A DNA stretch of 48,320 nt from positions 1-48,320 of the IMG/VR virus record IMGVR_UViG_3300004481_000332. The stretch is one strand, 5' to 3'. The stretch comes from a virus. A program made the position numbers and the translations under genes. Positions 14,270 to 21,721 of the stretch are shown here, one piece after another (the stretch's first letter is position 1; each line of letters starts with the position of its first letter). Under the pieces are notes generated by a model. The model made no database searches. It was not told where the DNA came from and worked only from the letters and a program-made list of their open reading frames with translations.

Positions 14270-14420
14270 TTCTCGTTCGCTATCCAGGTTAAATCTGCGG
14301 GAGGGGGGCTTTAAATAAAGATGGACTGATTAGAATATGGCTTGTTCCATACAACTCTAATCACATTCAAGCCCGCACGATGTAAATCGCTCCCTTGGGA
14401 GAAACGATAGCGAGCGGGAA
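14270..14420 (+). ncRNA. Structured RNA element (three-way-junction fold) upstream of the high-GC cassette; possible riboregulator
   Basis: 15-bp helix 14270-14284 with 14406-14420 (2 G:U). GCGGG (14297-14301) with CCCGC (14372-14376). Extended hairpin GATTAGA-TATGG...CCATA-TCTAATC (14328-14362). CUCC-CUUG-GGAG tetraloop hairpin (14390-14401). Confidence 0.4.
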
Positions 14421-14468
14421 ATAGGGCGTTATGTGTTCTTTAAAAAGCGAAATTAAAGGAGGTGGCAG

Positions 14469-14738
14469 ATGGCCATTTTAATCGCGCTGTTCTTTTTCTT
14501 CGGTTCTGCGGTTGAGTGGTCGATTGCCACTCTCCGCATCTGGAATATATCCAAGGGACGAACTGGTATCGTAATGCTGATTGTTTTCTGCGAGGAGATG
14601 CTTATGCTCGGCGCAGGAGCTTTGACGGCTTATATCGTTATTAAAACCAATCAGCTTTACCTATTGCCATTTGCGGCAATCGGCGGTTCGTTAGGTGCAG
14701 GATTTTCAATGAAACTTTCTCAAAGGAGGAAAGAATGA
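14469..14738 (+). CDS. Small integral membrane protein (about 3 TM helices; weak resemblance to UPF0316/DUF5698)
   Basis: 89 aa and hydrophobic. AGGAGG lies 6 nt upstream of the ATG. About 48% G+C. Confidence 0.6.
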   Translation: MAILIALFFFFGSAVEWSIATLRIWNISKGRTGIVMLIVFCEEMLMLGAGALTAYIVIKTNQLYLLPFAAIGGSLGAGFSMKLSQRRKE

Positions 14739-15511
14739 TTAAAACGATTCTTTTGCCCGACATTCATTATCCCTATCACAACAAAAAGGCGTGGCTGGTG
14801 GTGTTGAAATTCTTAAGGTGGTTCAAACCGCACACCATTGTTCTGGCGGGGGACGCATTAGAGATGCGCGCTGTGGATCACTGGAAGAGAGAGAAAGGCA
14901 ACCTCAGGCATTTTGAGGGGATACGCTTGCTCCACGACTACGAGCAGTTCATCGAGGATATCCTCGAACCCCTTGAGAAGATTTGCCACAGAGCAAAAAA
15001 GATTTACATGGGGGGCAACCATGAGGTCTTTGCCAACAGGGTCGTTGACCAGAATCCTCAACTTGAGGGGTTGATTGAGCCAGAGAATGCACTCAAGCTC
15101 AAAAAGCGGGGATGGGAATGGATTCCCTATATCGTCAGGGGTAAGCATGGAAGCACCCACAAGGGAATGCTCAAAATCGGCAAGCTGACAGTCATTCATG
15201 GGGAATATACAAATAAATTCCATGCCTCCAAAACGGCTGACTGCTACCTCAAGTCCGTACTCTATTTTCATACCCACGACCTTCAGCTTTTCACCAAAGT
15301 CACGGCAGAAGACCCCTCCGACTATCACACCTGTCAATCCGGCGGCTGCCTTTGCGACAAGAGTCCCCAGTATTTATGGGGAAGACCAAACCGATGGGTT
15401 CATTCCTTTGCCATCCTTTACACGCGCAAAGATGGGCTCTTCAACATCTACACTCCAGTCATCATCAACGGCACCTTCACTTACGCGGGTCGCACCTTTT
15501 CTTGGAAATGA
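14735..15511 (+). CDS. Calcineurin-like metallophosphoesterase
   Basis: Motifs PDIH, AGDALE, GGNHE, IHGE and FHTHD occur in canonical order. ATGA overlap with the membrane-protein gene. 50-60% G+C. Confidence 0.8.
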   Translation: MIKTILLPDIHYPYHNKKAWLVVLKFLRWFKPHTIVLAGDALEMRAVDHWKREKGNLRHFEGIRLLHDYEQFIEDILEPLEKICHRAKKIYMGGNHEVFANRVVDQNPQLEGLIEPENALKLKKRGWEWIPYIVRGKHGSTHKGMLKIGKLTVIHGEYTNKFHASKTADCYLKSVLYFHTHDLQLFTKVTAEDPSDYHTCQSGGCLCDKSPQYLWGRPNRWVHSFAILYTRKDGLFNIYTPVIINGTFTYAGRTFSWK

Positions 15512-15588
15512 ATTTCGCTTCGGCTTCAGTAGTTGTGCCGAAAACAGCTACTATATTTTATGAAAAAAGAAATAACAATTAACTTAAT

Positions 15589-15615
15589 GCGGTTTTCTTA
15601 AATAAGAAAATCCGC
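15589..15615 (+). terminator. Hairpin after the high-GC cassette (weak terminator candidate)
   Basis: GCGGTTTTCTTA pairs with TAAGAAAATCCGC (one bulge). No clear U-run. Confidence 0.3.
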
Positions 15616-15630
15616 TGAAAAGAAACGAAT

Positions 15631-16137
15631 ATGAAAATAATTAAAAGCAAAATTAAGGAGAATGATGTTTTCCTTGTGCGATGGAAAGCGCGAGAATGGG
15701 ACGACCAAAAAGATTGGTGTTTTGAGGGTTCACTTGTGGCACAAAAAAACGACGAAGGGGAATTTATATTTTATGATACTTTTTGGGGCATTGGGAGACA
15801 CGACAATAAAAGCTGGAAATTTACCGAGATGATGAAAACTTTTAATGTTGAGTATTATTGTAATCTTAACGAACTGGAAAAGATTAGTCATTATGAGTGC
15901 GATTATTATGATGACAAAGATATTTTCCGCCTATCAGACCAACACGGCTGTATGGAAAGTTGCGTTTATCATTATATCAAAAAAGGAACACAAAAAAGCA
16001 AAGAAAAAATACTTTCGGTATTGGGCGAGAATATGAGAAAAGCAAAAAACGAATTAGAAAATAGTGGCAGAGATATAGAAAATATCGCCACAAAAATAAA
16101 AGACGTGGAAAATGGCAATTTAAGTATTTATATCTAA
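15631..16137 (+). CDS. Hypothetical protein (168 aa)
   Basis: Long ORF with no motif. Confidence 0.6.
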   Translation: MKIIKSKIKENDVFLVRWKAREWDDQKDWCFEGSLVAQKNDEGEFIFYDTFWGIGRHDNKSWKFTEMMKTFNVEYYCNLNELEKISHYECDYYDDKDIFRLSDQHGCMESCVYHYIKKGTQKSKEKILSVLGENMRKAKNELENSGRDIENIATKIKDVENGNLSIYI

Positions 16138-16172
16138 CTAAAACATTATTCTAATCAATTAAAACATAATCT

Positions 16173-16328
16173 ATGGAACGAGAAATAAAATTGTTCTTTT
16201 GTGTTGGTCGGGAATGGGGTAAAAGTAAATTGAGGAATCTTGAATTACTCAATCTCACAAAAAAGCATTGGCAACAGCAAGAGAGCCAAACCTTCACCCG
16301 AACGTTCCCGCCCATCACAAGCGAATAA
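16173..16328 (+). CDS. Hypothetical small protein (51 aa)
   Basis: Hand translation: MEREIKLFFCVGREWGKSKLRNLELLNLTKKHWQQQESQTFTRTFPPITSE. Confidence 0.35.
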   Translation: MEREIKLFFCVGREWGKSKLRNLELLNLTKKHWQQQESQTFTRTFPPITSE

Positions 16329-16354
16329 TTAACCCCAAGTAAAAATAAAAATCT

Positions 16355-16531
16355 ATGAATAAAAAAGAACGAAAAATTGAAGAAAGAGAAGATAGGTTTA
16401 TAACAATTCTCGGAATTTTGGGAAGATATGCTTTGTTGGGATTTTTTATTACATTATCCATTCCTTTTATAATAATTATTTCCCCCTTTATCTTAATCGC
16501 ATTTTTAATAACCAATTTAATACCTAAATAA
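16355..16531 (+). CDS. Hypothetical small membrane protein (58 aa)
   Basis: Hand translation: MNKKERKIEEREDRFITILGILGRYALLGFFITLSIPFIIIISPFILIAFLITNLIPK. Leader TAAAAATCTATG is shared with the next gene. Confidence 0.45.
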   Translation: MNKKERKIEEREDRFITILGILGRYALLGFFITLSIPFIIIISPFILIAFLITNLIPK

Positions 16532-16537
16532 AAATCT

Positions 16538-16792
16538 ATGACATTACAAGAAATTCAAAAGGAAAACGAGAAAGAGTTTGGGGAAGACATTGAGACAATG
16601 CCGTTAAGTTTGACCGCGAAAGAACAGAAAGAATATCTTGTGTCTTGTATTAATAATAAACAACTCCGCCTCATCTCTGCTTTTAAGGAGATGGTGGAAG
16701 ACCCTAATCTTTCTTTTATTAAATGGGAGGACAAAGAATATGTAAATAAACACGACCTTCTCTCCTCTCTAACAGAAGATACAAAATTATGA
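16538..16792 (+). CDS. Hypothetical protein (84 aa)
   Basis: ORF-track entry with leader TAAAAATCTATG. Confidence 0.55.
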   Translation: MTLQEIQKENEKEFGEDIETMPLSLTAKEQKEYLVSCINNKQLRLISAFKEMVEDPNLSFIKWEDKEYVNKHDLLSSLTEDTKL

Positions 16793-16944
16793 AAATCTTT
16801 GGAAAATACTTTGGAAAACATCGTAAAGCACTTAAAAGGGACATCGAAAGAATAGAAAGATTTTTATCATTGCCACCAGAAGAATTAAGTAAGCGATTGG
16901 GAAAAATATCAGCCAAAACCATAACCATCACCCCAATAAAGTAA
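16789..16944 (+). CDS. Hypothetical small basic protein (51 aa)
   Basis: Hand translation: MKIFGKYFGKHRKALKRDIERIERFLSLPPEELSKRLGKISAKTITITPIK. ATGA overlap with the upstream gene. Confidence 0.4.
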   Translation: MKIFGKYFGKHRKALKRDIERIERFLSLPPEELSKRLGKISAKTITITPIK

Positions 16945-17008
16945 AATAAAAATTATATGTTTCCAAGTAGATAAATAATTATATGAAACTACAACCAAAA
17001 ACAAAGAT

Positions 17009-19330
17009 ATGAGAAAAAAATTCGTAAATGTATATCAAAAATATAATAACGTGATTCTAGTCACCAGAGAGAATGGTATTAGAAAAGATATTGAATATGA
17101 AGGTCAATGGTATTTTTTGATTGACAAGAAAGACAAGAATAAATTGAAAGGAGACTGGTTTGAGAATCTCGAAGACGAGAACGAATATACAAAAGTCTAT
17201 CCAAAGATCCATCGAGATAGAAAAGACGTCATTGAAAGACTTGAAGCAAACGACATCAAAACATATGAGGGAGATCTATCAGTCGTCGATCGATTTCTCA
17301 TCGACAACGATCTTGAACTTGATACCAACCAGAAGACATTGTATTTTGATATTGAAACAAGTGATCGGAAACCAGGAATAAACCCAGGTGAAGAACAGAT
17401 CTTGTCGTTTGCTGGTGTCGACTCTGACAATAAAGAGACATTCTATCTATTGGAAGACGACAACGAAGTTGATCTTTTAAAAAAGATTGTCAAGTTGTTT
17501 GAATCATACGATCTCATTGCTGGTTGGTTCTCGGAGAAGTTTGATCTTGTAGTAATCAAAAAGAGATGTGATCTTCTTGGCGTTCAATTTGATTGTAATA
17601 TCTCAACAGCGATGTTCGATGAGAAAGAGAAAGCAAAACCAACAAAAGTCAATCATATAGATCTGATGAGTAAACTTCAGAAGATCCGATATAGAGACAC
17701 TGAACTGATTAAGAGAGTCAAAGGATTCGGACTAAATGCTGTTGCAAAAGAATTTCTTAGCGAAGAGAAGACAGAAACAAAGGGAACAAGTCTTCAAACA
17801 TTGTATGACGAAGATCCTGAGAGACTTCAAGAATACAATATGCAAGACGCAAGACTCTGTAAAAGACTTGACGAGAAGTTAAGCATCTCTAAACAAGCAT
17901 TAATCGAACAAAGCATTTGTGGAGCAAGAGTCAACGATTATGCAAACTCAAAGAAGCTAGATTTGTTTGTATTACGATTTGCAAATAAGAGAGGTCTTCG
18001 TCTTCCTACTAATATGTTCAAGAGGAAGAGTCTTGAAGACAATCCACAAGTTGGAGCTGATGAGTCTGACAAAAAAGGAAGAAAGAGGGCACTATATGAG
18101 GGTGGATATGTTCTCGATCCGAAAGTCGGTCTCTATAAGAACTTGCATATATTTGATTTCAAGTCTCTTTATCCTTCTATTATAAGAACATTCAATATCA
18201 GTCTTGAAACATTTCTCAGAAAATCTGGCGAGAAGACACACAACAAAGATGAGATCTTCTGCCCAGAAACAAATTGCTACTACAAAAAAGAACCGGCTGG
18301 AGTAATTCCACAGGTTCTTAAATACTTAATTGATGAACGAAACAACATTCGTGGTGGTATTATGAAGACATTAAATCCTAAGTCATTCGAATACCAGAAC
18401 TACTATTATAGACAATATTCATTCAAAGTTTTAGCAAACAGTATGTATGGTGTTCTCGGTGCTGAGTTTGTCAGATACTTCAAAGTCGAGAACGCAGAAT
18501 CAATCACCGGAATGGGACGATGGTTGATCAAGAAAGTTATGGCATTCGCAGAATCAAGAGGATTGAATGTAATCTACTGTGATACAGACTCTGTATTTCT
18601 TACAAGCGAAGATCCTGCATTTATTCCTGAAGACTTTTCAAAAGAGTCAACAGACTATATCAATAAAGTAGTCACAGCAATATGCAACATCGGTGAATCA
18701 GACCTGTTCTTGGATTATAAAGAAACCTGTCCGACGTTCCTGATGGTTGATAAAAAGAGATATGCTTGGACTACGAAAGACGGAGAGATTCAAGCAATGG
18801 GATTAGAAGTTAGGAGACGTGATACTCTCAAGTTCGCAGAGACACAACAAAAGAAATTGTTTGATCTTCTGTTAAAAGAAAACACACCCGTTGAAGAAAT
18901 AAAGAAATGGATTGAAGAACTCAGATCGTTTGTAATGGATAAGCATCTACAAAAAGAAGACGTCACATTATATAAACGTCTCGGTCAAGAGATCGATCAT
19001 TACAAAACATCAAATCCGCAGGTCCGTGTAGCAAAATGGATCCGTGAAAAACAACAGACATCAGAGAAGATCAACCTGTATTCTCAGGGAGCATATATTC
19101 CAATGATCTATGTTGAAGAAGAGTACAATATAAGCAAAGAGACAGGCCAGTCTGTGACTCATCCGGATTTGTACGTCAACGGGTCGTATAGTGCTGAATA
19201 CTACTGGAATACGCCGATCTATGGAATACTCGAGAGAATACTAAAAGCGGCTTATCCTTCAGAAAACTGGGATAATTACTTTATCACGAAAAGAGAACTA
19301 AAAAATAAGCATCAACTGACGCTTATTTAA
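17009..19330 (+). CDS. Family B DNA polymerase with 3'-5' exonuclease domain
   Basis: Exo I YFDIETSD, Exo II-like GWFSEKFDL, Exo III YNMQDARL. Pol motif A DFKSLYPSII, motif B KVLANSMYGVLG, motif C YCDTDSVF. Confidence 0.95.
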   Translation: MRKKFVNVYQKYNNVILVTRENGIRKDIEYEGQWYFLIDKKDKNKLKGDWFENLEDENEYTKVYPKIHRDRKDVIERLEANDIKTYEGDLSVVDRFLIDNDLELDTNQKTLYFDIETSDRKPGINPGEEQILSFAGVDSDNKETFYLLEDDNEVDLLKKIVKLFESYDLIAGWFSEKFDLVVIKKRCDLLGVQFDCNISTAMFDEKEKAKPTKVNHIDLMSKLQKIRYRDTELIKRVKGFGLNAVAKEFLSEEKTETKGTSLQTLYDEDPERLQEYNMQDARLCKRLDEKLSISKQALIEQSICGARVNDYANSKKLDLFVLRFANKRGLRLPTNMFKRKSLEDNPQVGADESDKKGRKRALYEGGYVLDPKVGLYKNLHIFDFKSLYPSIIRTFNISLETFLRKSGEKTHNKDEIFCPETNCYYKKEPAGVIPQVLKYLIDERNNIRGGIMKTLNPKSFEYQNYYYRQYSFKVLANSMYGVLGAEFVRYFKVENAESITGMGRWLIKKVMAFAESRGLNVIYCDTDSVFLTSEDPAFIPEDFSKESTDYINKVVTAICNIGESDLFLDYKETCPTFLMVDKKRYAWTTKDGEIQAMGLEVRRRDTLKFAETQQKKLFDLLLKENTPVEEIKKWIEELRSFVMDKHLQKEDVTLYKRLGQEIDHYKTSNPQVRVAKWIREKQQTSEKINLYSQGAYIPMIYVEEEYNISKETGQSVTHPDLYVNGSYSAEYYWNTPIYGILERILKAAYPSENWDNYFITKRELKNKHQLTLI

Positions 19331-19784
19331 AATATCCCTTAATTCGATTGTCTGTCAATTCTAAACTTCTTGTACTGATAATACCGCATCCTAAATGATT
19401 TTTTTCACTAATGAGAATAGAGTTAGAAGCAATCTCTTCAATAAATGCAACGTGTCCCCACCGACTAGAATATAACAAAACGACACACCCCACACAAGGC
19501 ACATCAGTATTTGACTCGATTTGATTAGCATTACCTTGCGGAAGTTGTACTCCTTTTGATTTAACATAAGCGACACATTGCTGCTCTATCGGGCAATCAA
19601 TGATTGATTTACCTGCTATTATATCAGCATATGAAGTAGACGGCTTGTCTTCTGGCTCGGGAATTGCATTAATAGTATAAACATAACACTCAGAAGTGTC
19701 GATCACCTTAATGGGATCGATTTTTTGTTGTTCTACAAGAAAAGACAAAACAATCGAAAGACCGATTGTTAGTATCTTAAACAA
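19323..19784 (-). CDS. Signal-anchored CHAP-domain peptidoglycan hydrolase (endolysin)
   Basis: N-terminal hydrophobic FKILTIGLSIVLSFLV. CHAP Cys in QCVAYVKSKG and His in WGHVAFIEEI. Confidence 0.75.
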   Translation of the reverse strand: MFKILTIGLSIVLSFLVEQQKIDPIKVIDTSECYVYTINAIPEPEDKPSTSYADIIAGKSIIDCPIEQQCVAYVKSKGVQLPQGNANQIESNTDVPCVGCVVLLYSSRWGHVAFIEEIASNSILISEKNHLGCGIISTRSLELTDNRIKGYFK

Positions 19785-19787
19785 GTA

Positions 19788-20021
19788 CTATTTATCGGAT
19801 CGACCGAATTGTCCCTCGTTGTTGGATAAAAAGTTCTTTGCTAAATATCCAATGAATGATGTTAATGCAATCTGTAGTATAGCATTAAGATCTGCGGCGC
19901 TAAGATTAAATCCCTTCTCTTTTAAAAGCTCTACCACAAATGTGAGAACAGCAGTTATAACAGCGAGGATTAGACCTTTGCCAAAGTCTGAAAGATTCAG
20001 ACTGAATAAGCTTGACTTCAT
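19788..20021 (-). CDS. Holin-like protein (2 TM helices)
   Basis: 77 aa. TM segments GLILAVITAVLTFVVELL and ILQIALTSFIGYLAKNFL. Sits between the two hydrolase genes. Confidence 0.5.
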   Translation of the reverse strand: MKSSLFSLNLSDFGKGLILAVITAVLTFVVELLKEKGFNLSAADLNAILQIALTSFIGYLAKNFLSNNEGQFGRSDK

Positions 20022-20040
20022 ATGATTATTATATTAATTG

Positions 20041-21141
20041 TTATTTACTAAAGAGCGATTTCAACCAGGACCAGAGGTTGAAAGATTTTCCTGTAGACTC
20101 GGTAATAACTACATTACTGTCTTTTGGAAGCAATAGGATTTCGGCAGCTTCTACTGCGCTATTAAATTCTGCCGGAGACGCAGCAACAATCGGTGTTGTT
20201 TCTGTCCAGACCCATTGCTGATCGATTGGTTTTGCGCCTTCAATCAACGTCTCTTTGTTTACAATGTGTCTTTTTGCTGTCTTTGTCTCGTTAAACGCGT
20301 AAACTTCGTCTGGATCGCTTGGGTCTCTTAAAAGTATATACATGTTTTTTTTTACGCTTGTGTTCGGTAGTCCTGTTATTTCACGGACAATATACCTTAT
20401 GGCGTAATCATAATAATTATAATCGTCAGATAATGACTTCAAGAACGGGTCATAACTATCCATTATCTTCCAGATTGGTTTATCTTCAACAATCGCTATG
20501 GCGTGGTTAATCTGATTCGGCACCCTAAAATAAATTCCATTGTTCTGTCCATTCCAAGCATAGACAGCAGCAGAAAGAGGACTAACTTTAAGTGCTTCGT
20601 TAAAGTCTACTCTATAGACAAGTTCATAGTTTAGAGGAAATCTCTTAATAAATTCAAGTCCCAGAGCAGACATTTGTGGAGTGATCTTAGACTTATCGAA
20701 ATACTCTGTTTCGTTATCCGTCCACGGCAACATCTTTTCAGGAATCAATCCAAGCTTTCGTTTTGCTTCTGCAACGACTTTCAAACTATTTCCGGAATCT
20801 GGCTTTGTATTTGAAATCAACGCATCGAATCTATCGGAGAAATTAATATGTCCGGTGTCATCTATATATCCATTGTCATTTAACCAAGAGAGGTTCCCAA
20901 CAGACATCAATTTTAATTCAATCAAGCGTGTCATTAAGATTTCAACGTCAGTGCAAGATGCAAAGTTCGTGCAACACATACTTTCAAATCCTTGTCGTTG
21001 TTTTTCATTCTTTGGTAAAAACGGAATCCAGTTTCCGTCTGGAACTTTAATCTCATTGTCAATTGCAGAGACTCCAAAGATATAGTCTTTCTCGACAATT
21101 GGTTCTAATATAACTCCTGATCTAATTGGTTTATTTTCCAT
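20041..21141 (-). CDS. Papain-like cysteine peptidase domain protein (possible second lysin)
   Basis: QRQGFESMCCTNFAS (Gln...Cys), INHAIAIVE (His) and KIMDSYD (Asn/Asp) occur in papain order. Weak, by-eye call. Confidence 0.4.
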   Translation of the reverse strand: MENKPIRSGVILEPIVEKDYIFGVSAIDNEIKVPDGNWIPFLPKNEKQRQGFESMCCTNFASCTDVEILMTRLIELKLMSVGNLSWLNDNGYIDDTGHINFSDRFDALISNTKPDSGNSLKVVAEAKRKLGLIPEKMLPWTDNETEYFDKSKITPQMSALGLEFIKRFPLNYELVYRVDFNEALKVSPLSAAVYAWNGQNNGIYFRVPNQINHAIAIVEDKPIWKIMDSYDPFLKSLSDDYNYYDYAIRYIVREITGLPNTSVKKNMYILLRDPSDPDEVYAFNETKTAKRHIVNKETLIEGAKPIDQQWVWTETTPIVAASPAEFNSAVEAAEILLLPKDSNVVITESTGKSFNLWSWLKSLFSK

Positions 21142-21167
21142 AAAATTGTATTTACTAATAAAATTTG

Positions 21168-21225
21168 GAGGAGGGAGTTTGACAACGGTTGAGGTTGCCC
21201 CCGTTTTTGGGATAGCTCCCTCCTC
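21168..21225 (-). terminator. Compound hairpin + U-run after the 59-aa high-GC ORF
   Basis: Perfect 10-bp stem GAGGAGGGAG/CTCCCTCCTC with inner stem AACGG/CCGTT, followed in the minus sense by CAAAUUUUAUU. Confidence 0.5.
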
Positions 21226-21248
21226 AGTGAGTTCGAGAAGTTCTTTGT

Positions 21249-21428
21249 TCAGGTCTCCACAAAGAAGTCGACCCAGATGATGCGAGTTCCTTCCTTGTTG
21301 TAGCCGAACCTAATGATCGGCTCCTTCTCTCTGGTGCGCCGGACAATCCCCTCGACGTCCTTGATCAGGCGCAGAAATTCTTTAATCGGCTCATCCTTGC
21401 CTCTCATTAAAGAACATACGCTTTGCAC
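21249..21428 (-). CDS. Hypothetical 59-aa protein on a high-GC insert (moron)
   Basis: AGGAGG (21434-21439) lies 5 nt before GTG 21428. Hand translation: VQSVCSLMRGKDEPIKEFLRLIKDVEGIVRRTREKEPIIRFGYNKEGTRIIWVDFFVET. About 60% G+C. One codon short of the ORF-track cutoff. Confidence 0.55.
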   Translation of the reverse strand: MQSVCSLMRGKDEPIKEFLRLIKDVEGIVRRTREKEPIIRFGYNKEGTRIIWVDFFVET

Positions 21429-21440
21429 TTAAACCTCCTT

Positions 21441-21713
21441 TTATTTTTTCTTCTTATTGTTTAAATTTTTTATAAAAAAGCAGAGTTCCTTAATCGTAGA
21501 CTGCAAATCAGAATTTACCTCTCTCAACTTTTTCAACTCTTCAACATTGTGTTCTAGATGATTATTCACCGTATTGATAAACGCGGCACGTTCTTCCATC
21601 TGAGACTTCATATAGGTTTCTCTTTGTTCTTTAAGGTGCTGCAAAAACTTGATAACGATAAGAATTATCGCACCGACGGCTGGTAATGTTTCAAGTAATG
21701 TGGTATATTCCAT
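21441..21713 (-). CDS. Membrane-anchored coiled-coil protein (lysis accessory, spanin- or antiholin-like?)
   Basis: 90 aa. N-terminal TM LPAVGAIILIVIKFL followed by a coiled coil. Confidence 0.4.
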   Translation of the reverse strand: MEYTTLLETLPAVGAIILIVIKFLQHLKEQRETYMKSQMEERAAFINTVNNHLEHNVEELKKLREVNSDLQSTIKELCFFIKNLNNKKKK

Positions 21714-21721
21714 GATCTTGA

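Noticed and set aside
14297-14376. Twister-ribozyme-like strings (GGGAGGGGGGC and CAAGCCCGC)
   Set aside because: The order of the conserved blocks relative to the pairing partners does not fit any circular permutation of the twister fold I could reconstruct. There is no UAA cleavage context after the closing stem.
13813-14468. Group I intron carrying VRR-NUC as its homing endonuclease, by analogy with introns in phage td genes
   Set aside because: The TS-like ORF already contains all core motifs and ends with a stop. No downstream exon continues the protein. VRR-NUC is not a known intron endonuclease class, and I could not identify P3-P8 or G-binding-site elements.
14858-15582. Long alternative-frame ORFs 14858..15337 (minus), 15198..15563 and 15352..15582 (plus)
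   Set aside because: They overlap the metallophosphoesterase gene, which has all canonical motifs in order. Their Pro/Ser/Arg-rich translations are typical shadows of a GC-rich segment.
20345-20353. A9 homopolymer in the 366-aa peptidase gene as a phase-variation slip site
   Set aside because: It encodes Lys-Lys-Asn in an AT-rich genome where such runs are expected. There is no evidence of length heterogeneity in a single sequence.
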